DNA of 60,427 nucleotides from Octopus bimaculoides (taxonomy: Eukaryota). Location of the stretch: NCBI RefSeq assembly GCF_001194135.2, contig NC_068985.1, positions 42,013,134-42,073,560 on the forward strand, in the 5' to 3' direction. The notes beneath the pieces were generated by a model. That model was not told the DNA's origin. It made no database searches and worked only from the letters and a program-made list of their open reading frames with translations. The position numbers and the translations under genes were made by a program. How positions within the stretch are numbered: position 1 is the first letter of the stretch; the number at the start of each line of letters is the position of its first letter. This document shows, in pieces, positions 52,090 through 60,427 of this stretch.

Positions 52090-55000
52090 CCGTCTTCGGA
52101 CACACGAGGATCCGAAATTGCGGCCCCCATCGCCGTACAGATGAATCTACATCTGACCATGAACTGGGACGCCAATGATATCGTGGAAGCGTTCAGGAAA
52201 TTCAAACAGAAAAGTCAGCTGGCTTTCAAAAGCTTCCTGAAAGGTACAACTGCTGATGAAAAGGTAAGCTACATCCTTTTATGAACGGGCGGGACATGTC
52301 AAAATCGGATTGCACACTTTTAGAGAAATTTGAAAGACACCTAGAGCCCAGATCAAAACATAGAATTCATAGGTACGAATTCCAGGGCCTGAAACAAGAC
52401 CCACGAGAAACGATTGACAACTTCCTGTCCAGACTAAAGAATGTTGCCGAGAAATGCAGATTCAAGTACAAGGACAAGAGTATTTGAAGCCACCACAAAA
52501 CAAATGGCCTCACCTTTCAAACAAACACAATAGGCAGCAGTGTAGATATTGTATCTAGACATAGGATGAAACATACCCACAAGCAGAGAACATGCCAGTA
52601 CTGCGGTACAGTGCATGAGTTCAATAACCGGAGGAAATGTTCTGCATTCGGTACACACTGCAAAGCATGTGGAAAGTCCAACCACTGGAAAAAAATGTGT
52701 AGACTAACAAAATCTCACAAATACAAGCCTCCATTTTCAAAGAGGAGCGGAAAGAGAAGACAAAAAATGAGGCTTTCACAACAATACAAATCAAAAAAAA
52801 GTCAGGCAAGAAATGAATAAACATTGACCTAAAGTTAAAGATTGACACTGGAGTCCAGAGTGATATCTTGCCTGTCAACCTCTACAAAAAGATGTTCCCA
52901 GAACACATGACACAAGAGGATAAAGTCAAAGAAGGAATCCTCACACTAAGTGATGTAATCCTAACTGCATACGGAGGTACCAGGATTCCACAACTGGACA
53001 AAACAACCATTACAGAGACACACAAAGGAAGAAAAATCAGATGTTCTTTTTATGTCTCAAGAACAGAAGGACCTGAAATTCTTGGACTTAATACCTGTCA
53101 AAAGGTCAGTATTGTGGCAATCAACAGTGAAGTGAAGGCAGCTCCGAGCAGGATTGACAGAGATATGCCTATCAAAGACCAACCACCAATCAGAAATAAA
53201 GATGAACTGATGAGCATGTACCCAGAATGTTTTGAGAAATGTCGATACCATATAACAGTCGACCCCAATACCAAGCCAATTAATTGTTCACCCACCTCAC
53301 CATGTTCTGCTTGAATTAAGAGAAAAACTGAAGGCGGAGTTGGACAGAATGAAAAAAAAAAACAAATAATCACCAAAGTGACACGACCAACTGACTGGGT
53401 GAATTCAATTGTAATTAAAGAAAAACCCAGTGGTACCTTAAGAATATGCCTTGCCCCCAGGAATCTGAACAAGGCATTAAAACGAGATTACTATCCAATT
53501 CTAACCCTCGAAGAAATCACACCATCATTAGCTGGATCTAAGATATTCAGCAAACTGGTTGCCGGTAATGGGTACTGGAATGTAAAGATAGACAAAGAAT
53601 CATCCATGCCCACTACCTTCAACACACCATTTGGCAGACACAGATTCAACTGACTCCCATTTGGGTTGAAGGTGAGCCAAGATGTCTTCCAGCGCCAAGT
53701 AGATGAGATCTACCAAGGCTGTAAGGGAGCAATCGGAATAGCGGATGATATCTAAGTGTATGGCGAGGATGAGATCACACATAACTACAATTTACATGAA
53801 GCTATGGAGAAAATCCAACAAGTAGGTATCAAACTCAATGCAGACAAATGTGTGATCAAAGCAAGAGTGCTAATTCTTTGGAATGATATACTCTGCAGAG
53901 AGTGAAACCAGACCCCGCTAAAGTGAAAGCCATCAGTGACATCAAAGAACCCAAAGATAAGAAGGAACTCAGAAGCTTCCTGGGACTCATCCACTACATG
54001 GGAGCCTTCATACCCAAGCTGGCTGATCACACTGCAAACCTCTGAGAGCAAATGAAAGATGACATAGAGTTTGATTAGTGTGCTTCACACACACAGGATT
54101 TCAACACAGTCAAAAAACTCATCAGCAAGGAGACAACTCTGCAGTACTATAACAGACACAAAACAGTAACACTCCAAGTCAATGCTTCTATGAGAGGAGT
54201 TGGCACAGCAATGATACAAGAAGGTAAACCTATTGCATATGCCTCAAAAGCTCTCTCACCCACAGAGACAAGGTATGCAAATATAGAAAGGGAACTCCTA
54301 GCAGTAGTCTATGGCTGTGAAAAGTTTCATACATATCTGTATGGCAGACATTTCAATATTGAGTCAGACCATCGCCCTCTAGAACAAATAGACAGAAAAA
54401 AGCTCACAATAGCACCAGCCGGACTGCAAATCTTACTGTTGAGGCTCCAAAAGTATGACTACAATATCAGGTACAAGCCAGGAAAGGACCTGATATTGGT
54501 GGATGCTCTTTCTAGACTATCATCACATGATAAAAGTGAGATGGAAGGACTAAGTGTAAAGGTCCACCACATTGTAAATGTGACAAATACAAAGCTGGAA
54601 CAAATCAAAGAAATGAAGAACTCCAGCTCCTTACTCAGATGGTGATTCAAGGGTGACCAGAGAAGAGACATCAAGAGCAGCCCCCCATTCGTGAATATTG
54701 GGCCATCCATGTTGACATATCAGTGGAGAATGGAATCCTGATGGCTGGATCCCGAATAATCATACCCAAATCAATGCAAAAAGAGATTCTTGACAAGATC
54801 CACTAAGGGCATCTGGGAATAGAAAAATGCAAACTCCGAGCTAAGTCAGCTGTATATTGGGTAGGCATGTACAAAGACATAGAAAAGATGGTTTCTACAT
54901 GCCACATCTCTCAAAGGTACAGAAACAGACAACAAAAGGAGGAAATGATACCCAGTGACATCCCAAGAAGGCCATGGCAAGCTATTGGAGTAGATCTGTT

Positions 55001-55920
55001 CACAGAGAACCAAGAATGGTACTTGATTATGGTTTGCTACTACTCTAAATTCACATTTGTGAGAAAAATGAAAGACCTGAGAGCCAAAACAATAACTACA
55101 GTGGCTCAAGGACTTCTAGCAGAGCAAGGAATACCAGAGCAGATCATATGTGACAATGGAACCTAGTTCACATCTCAGGAATTCAAAAAGCTAGCCGATG
55201 AGTATGGGTTCAACATTATAACCTCATCTTCACACTATCCCAAAAGTCATGGATTCATAGAAAGACAGGTGCAGACAGTCAAGAGAACACTAGTCAAATG
55301 CCGGGAAACTATGGAAGACCTACACCTGGCACTTCTGTCTCTACGAGCGACACCACTGAGGGGTAACATGAAGTCCCCAGCAGAAATACTGAATGGCAGG
55401 AAATACAAAACCACCCTGCCAACAAAGATCCAACCTCCTATTGACCAGGAAAAGACAAGGGCAAAGCTAGTAGCCACTCAAAAACAAAGACAGAAATATT
55501 ACAACAAACATGCACAATACTTACCTGAGATGCTTGGAGGACAACATGTGCATACTCAAGATCCTATAACCAAAACATGGATCCCAGCACAAGATCATAT
55601 ATCATATAAACTGAATCTGGTAGGTCACTGAGACGAAACAGGGCCCACATCTGCTCAACACCAAAACTATCGAGAATAACATGCGCAACATCTGCAGCAT
55701 CAGTGACAACACCAACAAGAACTACAACACCCACAGCAGATGACGGGACACAGAATCCGTGCTTCCACAGTATCATCACCTCAACGGGCACCGACCACCC
55801 ATCAGCAGTCCAACAATACATCAACATTACGCACATCTCAGACATCAGTGCAGAACACAAGATCCACCAGATGGAGACCGAATATCTTACCATCGATTCA
55901 ATACCGTTAAAGAAAAAAAA
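52090..55920 (+). mobile_element. Ty3/Gypsy internal region (gag, CCHC, protease, RT, RNase H, integrase), multiple stops; no LTRs seen
   Basis: CKACGKSNHWKKMC, KIDTG, WVNSIV, LRICLAPRNLNKAL, TTFNTPFGRHRF, PIAYASKALSPTETRYANIERELLAV, HLGIEKCKLRA, PRRPWQAIGVDLF, CDNGT. Confidence 0.95.
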
Positions 55921-56078
55921 GTAAATAATAACTAGTTCTGCTAAATTAGGAAGCAGAAAACCATGTGTGTGGACAGAATAATGTCACGATTTCTACTGCA
56001 GGATTGCCACCCTTGCGCTGACAATCCACTAGTGTAAGGGAGATTACTTCTATTTTTCTTCATTGCCGAAAGAAATTT

Positions 56079-56247
56079 TTTTAGGCTATGGAGATTCCGA
56101 TTCTGAAGAAAAATTTTCAAAAATCGCAACTTCAAAATCCGGAAAAAGTGAAAATGAAGAAAGGAGTGTGGGGAGGAAGAATTGAAATTTTGAAGTTGCG
56201 ATTAAAAAAATTTTTTTTTTCGGAATCGGAATTTCCATAGTCTAAAA
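56079..56247. mobile_element. Small MITE-like element with ~58-bp TIRs
   Basis: ttaggctatggagattccgattc...aatcgcaacttcaaaat versus attttgaagttgcgatt...gaatcggaatttccatagtctaa. Confidence 0.75.
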
Positions 56248-56644
56248 TGTGGGATTCCGTAAAAAAAAAAATTAATTAAAGGGGGAAGGGTTCCGTTTAC
56301 ATCTCCATGTGAGCCATTTAAACAACAGTTCTTTGGCTTTTGCATTTGACGACTGTTGCTTTAAGTATTCTATTTCGATTATCACTGACATAGTGGTAAG
56401 AACAACGGGATATGTAACAGTAGTTTCGAATAAAAATGGAAGTTTTAATCATCTGATGGACAGGAGATAAGGATTACAAAAATAGCGACTCTCACTTTGA
56501 AACTGACAATTTTGAAAATCCTTTTAGATTACGCTCTCTCATGTATCCATGTTTAAAATTTCAGCGCGATCGGATGGACAATATTCTAGTCATAAGCGCG
56601 CAAAAAACAGACAGAACGGGATTTTTATATATATGTGTGTGTGT

Positions 56645-56694
<50 letters not shown>

Positions 56695-56695
<1 letters not shown>

Positions 56696-56850
56696 GAGGG
56701 AGAATTCACACAAGAAAAAAACAAAAGACGAAAACAGGTGGTGTAGACGACAAACAGATGTATTAGTTTAACGCTCGGGAAGTGAAAAAGTCTTTAATGT
56801 TTCGAGCCTACGCTCTTCCACAGAAAGAAACAAGGAGAGAAAATAAAGAA
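56695..56850 (-). mobile_element. Penelope-type short repeat with hammerhead-like motif
   Basis: CTTT CTGTGGA A GAGC GTAG GCTC GAAAC ATT AAAG on - at 56792-56827. Confidence 0.55.
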
Positions 56851-56860
56851 TGCGTAGTGA

Positions 56861-56919
<59 letters not shown>

Positions 56920-57204
56920 CATACATACACACACACATAAATTAAGATTCCGTTGTTTTAGGTACTTAAATTGAAGCACCTTACTAGGTTGGTATAATCT
57001 GCACACCTAAACAATATTAATTGAATGCTTAATATCAAGATTCCGTGCAGGGATGTTTGTACCTGATATTCCTACCGTGTATGCAGACAATGGAACCCAG
57101 CTAAGTGAAGATATCCGCTCTTGGTAATTCAGACATGTACTTTTTATAAAGGTACTTTCTTTAGTATTTCCGAAGTACAGATTCCAAGTAAGGTGAATAA
57201 GATA

Positions 57205-57646
57205 TAAATGAGTAACTAAGATGTACATGTGTCAATTCATTTCGGCCGTTTCAAGCGGCTCCTTTAATTGATTAATGAAAATATTACATCGTTTGAAAGA
57301 AACCGTTCTAGTCAGATGACCGCATAGACTTCAAACATATAGGATACACTATTTCCTTAACATATTGACATCAATAATAGAACTCAAAATATTTACATTG
57401 CTTCTTTTCTCATATCTGTGGCAAAATAACACAGATATGATAAAAGAAGCAACGTAAATATTTTGAGTTCCATTATTGATATCAATATGTTAAGGAAATG
57501 GTTGTATCCTTTATGTTTGAAGTCTATGCGGTCATCTGACGAGAACAGTTTCTTTCAAACGATGTAATATTTTCATTAATCAATTAAAGGAGTTGCTTGA
57601 AACGGCAGCAATGAATTGACACCAGTACATCTTTGTTACTCATTTA
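57205..57646. repeat. Fold-back element, ~215-bp inverted arms, 9-nt loop
   Basis: 57205-57420 is an imperfect reverse complement of 57430-57646. Confidence 0.9.
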
Positions 57647-57903
57647 CACACGCGCACACATAAAGAAATGGTTGTATATATAGATATATATATTCGTAAA
57701 TGTCGAACGATGAAAATGAGTGCTTAACACCGCATTAGTAAATATATCTTCTTTATTTGTAAATTAAGGTTACCGTTGGTTTCATGTTAAAGGAAGTAGG
57801 GAAATATCCTAGCGTCTTAACAATCTTTTAAGCTGATCACATGGAGAAAGGTGTTCGCCTCCATTTTGGAGACTGTATTTTCAAAATGGAGGTTTAAAAC
57901 TCT

Positions 57904-58233
57904 CATGTCACCGGTGTTAAAACACCTTAGAATCATGGACAGGCGAGATAATTCATCCTCACTCACTTGAGTTTAGACGATTCACGAGTCCACGATTTAT
58001 ATGCTCATGGCTTGTAAAATCATGAGCTGGTATACCTGGAAATTGCATACCCAAGAGAAAATTTACATATGAAGTAAAAGCAGCTCTAGTGTAATAAATA
58101 TTAAATACATATACTAATGTATATGCTTTGTGCATTTTCCGGTGGCTGCAATGGCGTAACGGAGTATAAAACTTACATGTCGCCGGTGTTAAAACACCTT
58201 ATAGTCATGGACAGGCGAGATAACTCACCCTCA
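57904..58233 (+). repeat. Pair of ~58-bp direct repeats (57904-57961, 58176-58233)
   Basis: catgtc.ccggtgttaaaacacctta..catggacaggcgagataa occurs twice. Confidence 0.85.
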
Positions 58234-59489
58234 ATCTCATTTGGGAGTTATGGACATCGATGTATATGTATCTAATAATATTTATTACACTTGAGCTGCT
58301 TTTATTTCACACACACACACACACACACATATTACCACACAGCCACTCTTGTGGCTGTGTGGTAAGTTCAGTCCCACTGCATGGCACCTTGGGTAAGTGT
58401 CTTCTATTATAGCCTTGGGCCGTCCAACGCCTTCTAAGTGGATTTGGTAGACGGAAACTGAAAGATACCCGTCGTATATATATATATATATATATATAAT
58501 AACAATAAATGGAGCAAAACGCATATAAATAAAAGTTCCTTTAATTCCTACACATGTTTCAAAATATATGTGTGCTCTCCTCCAAAGAAGTAAGAGCTGC
58601 TGGAATTCCACATATATTCATCGTCAGGGAATCAACATANNNNNNNNNNNNNNNNNNNNNNNNNNNNNNNNNNNNNNNNNNNNNNNNNNNNNNNNNNNNN
58701 NNNNNNNNNNNNNNNNNNNNNNNNNNNNNNNNNNNNNNNNNNNNNNNNNNNNNNNNNNNNNNNNNNNNNNNNNNNNNNNNNNNNNNNNNNNNNNNNNNNN
58801 NNNNNNNNNNNNNNNNNNNNNNNNNNNNNNNNNNNNNNNNNNNNNNNNNNNNNNNNNNNNNNNNNNNNNNNNNNNNNNNNNNNNNNNNNNNNNNNNNNNN
58901 NNNNNNNNNNNNNNNNNNNNNNNNNNNNNNNNNNNNNNNNNNNNNNNNNNNNNNNNNNNNNNNNNNNNNNNNNNNNNNNNNNNNNNNNNNNNNNNNNNNN
59001 NNNNNNNNNNNNNNNNNNNNNNNNNNNNNNNNNNNNNNNNNNNNNNNNNNNNNNNNNNNNNNNNNNNNNNNNNNNNNNNNNNNNNNNNNNNNNNNNNNNN
59101 NNNNNNNNNNNNNNNNNNNNNNNNNNNNNNNNNNNNNNNNNNNNNNNNNNNNNNNNNNNNNNNNNNNNNNNNNNNNNNNNNNNNNNNNNNNNNNNNNNNN
59201 NNNNNNNNNNNNNNNNNNNNNNNNNNNNNNNNNNNNNNNNNNNNNNNNNNNNNNNNNNTATATATATATATACATGTATGTATGTGTGTGTGCGTTTGTG
59301 TGTCTGTTCGTCCCCTCCATCGCTTGACAACCGAAGTTGGTATGTTTACGTCCCCATAGCTTAGCGGTTCGGCAAAAGACACCGATAGAATAAGTACCAG
59401 GCTTACAAAGAATAAGTCCTGGGGTCGATTTCTTCGACTAAAAGTGGTGCTCCAGCGTGGCCGCAGTCAAATGACTGAAAAGAATAAAA

Positions 59490-59524
<35 letters not shown>

Positions 59525-59536
59525 TGTATGTATATA

Positions 59537-60427
59537 TTAGGTCGTCAAGTATGAAATTTGTAGTAAGGTATATGGTAAACTTTGACAGCTACTCATTTTG
59601 CGCTTTATAAATATTTATAAATCGTTTTTTGCTATTTTTGTTTAGAGATGCATAAATCGGAAATTCATACAGTTTTGAAATACGAGTTCTTTCTTGGAAA
59701 TACAGCATCACAGACAGCTCGGAATATTAATGGAGTATTTCATTCTAATATTATTACACAGAAGACAATATCAAATAGGTTTGCAAAATTTTGTTCTGGT
59801 AACTTTGACCTCAAATGAGTAACGTGGTCGACCTGAAACAAAGGTGGATAATGATGAACTGAAAGCCACCGTCGAGTCAGATCCGTCTCATTATTGTTGT
59901 TGTTTGGTGTTAGCAAGCAAACAATATTGACTCACCTAGTTTAAATCGGTAAAGTGAAGTAGTTGGATAAGTGGTTTCCACATGAACTCAATAAAAATCA
60001 GAAACAGCAACGTTTGGAAGCTTCCATTATGCTACTTTCACGTCACAAAAATGAATCATGTTTGAATCGAATTGTAACATGTGATGAAAAATGGATCCAC
60101 TACAACAACCGTAAACATTCAGCACAATGGCTGGACAAAGACGAGCCACCAAAACATAGTCTAAAAAGCAAAATTCATCAAAAGAAGCTGATGGTGTGTG
60201 TTTGATGGTCTGGCGCAGGTGTGATCCATTATGATTTCATTAAACCTGGCTCGTCAATCACAGCCGAAGTATACAGAAACCAACTGGACCAAATGATGCA
60301 GAAATTTACAAAAAAAAACCCCCCAAAACCCCCCCAGCCTAGATTAGTCAACAAATCAACTCCTATTTTATTGCAAGACAATGCCAGGCCACAAATCGCA
60401 AAAATGACATTGGCGAAACTACAGGAG
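59537..60427 (+). mobile_element. Mariner transposon, runs off window end
   Basis: TA|TTAGGTC terminus; KWFPHELNKNQKQQRLE, RIVTCDEKWIHYNN, HQKKLMVCV, LLQDNARP. Confidence 0.92.

Overview
AT-rich, repeat-dense eukaryotic DNA with five N-gaps. The SINE/RTE/Penelope repertoire looks like an octopus (coleoid) genome, recognised from memory rather than by search. The six-frame ORF track misses the host content. Manual splicing gives two paralogous multi-exon genes in tail-to-tail orientation. Gene A is on + (CDS 10369-22479, 6 coding exons, 233 aa, frame intact). Gene B is on - (CDS 44205-29641, 5 of 6 expected coding exons found). Both encode a signal peptide, two atypical Ig-like domains and a short hydrophobic C-terminus resembling a GPI signal. 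The proteins are well diverged (domain 1 about 46% identical by hand count). Despite that, they share a 138-bp identical intronic tract and a 56-bp identical tract over the stop codon, which suggests gene conversion. Gene B also has a duplicated downstream acceptor that could give a soluble isoform. The remainder is decayed mobile DNA: Penelope, RTE, L1/Tx1 and R2/R4-like LINEs, three mariners, a hAT, a TIR-bounded DDE element, an LTR-less Gypsy, many SINEs, MITEs, fold-backs and hammerhead-like motifs. All percentages are hand counts, and TE boundaries are approximate.
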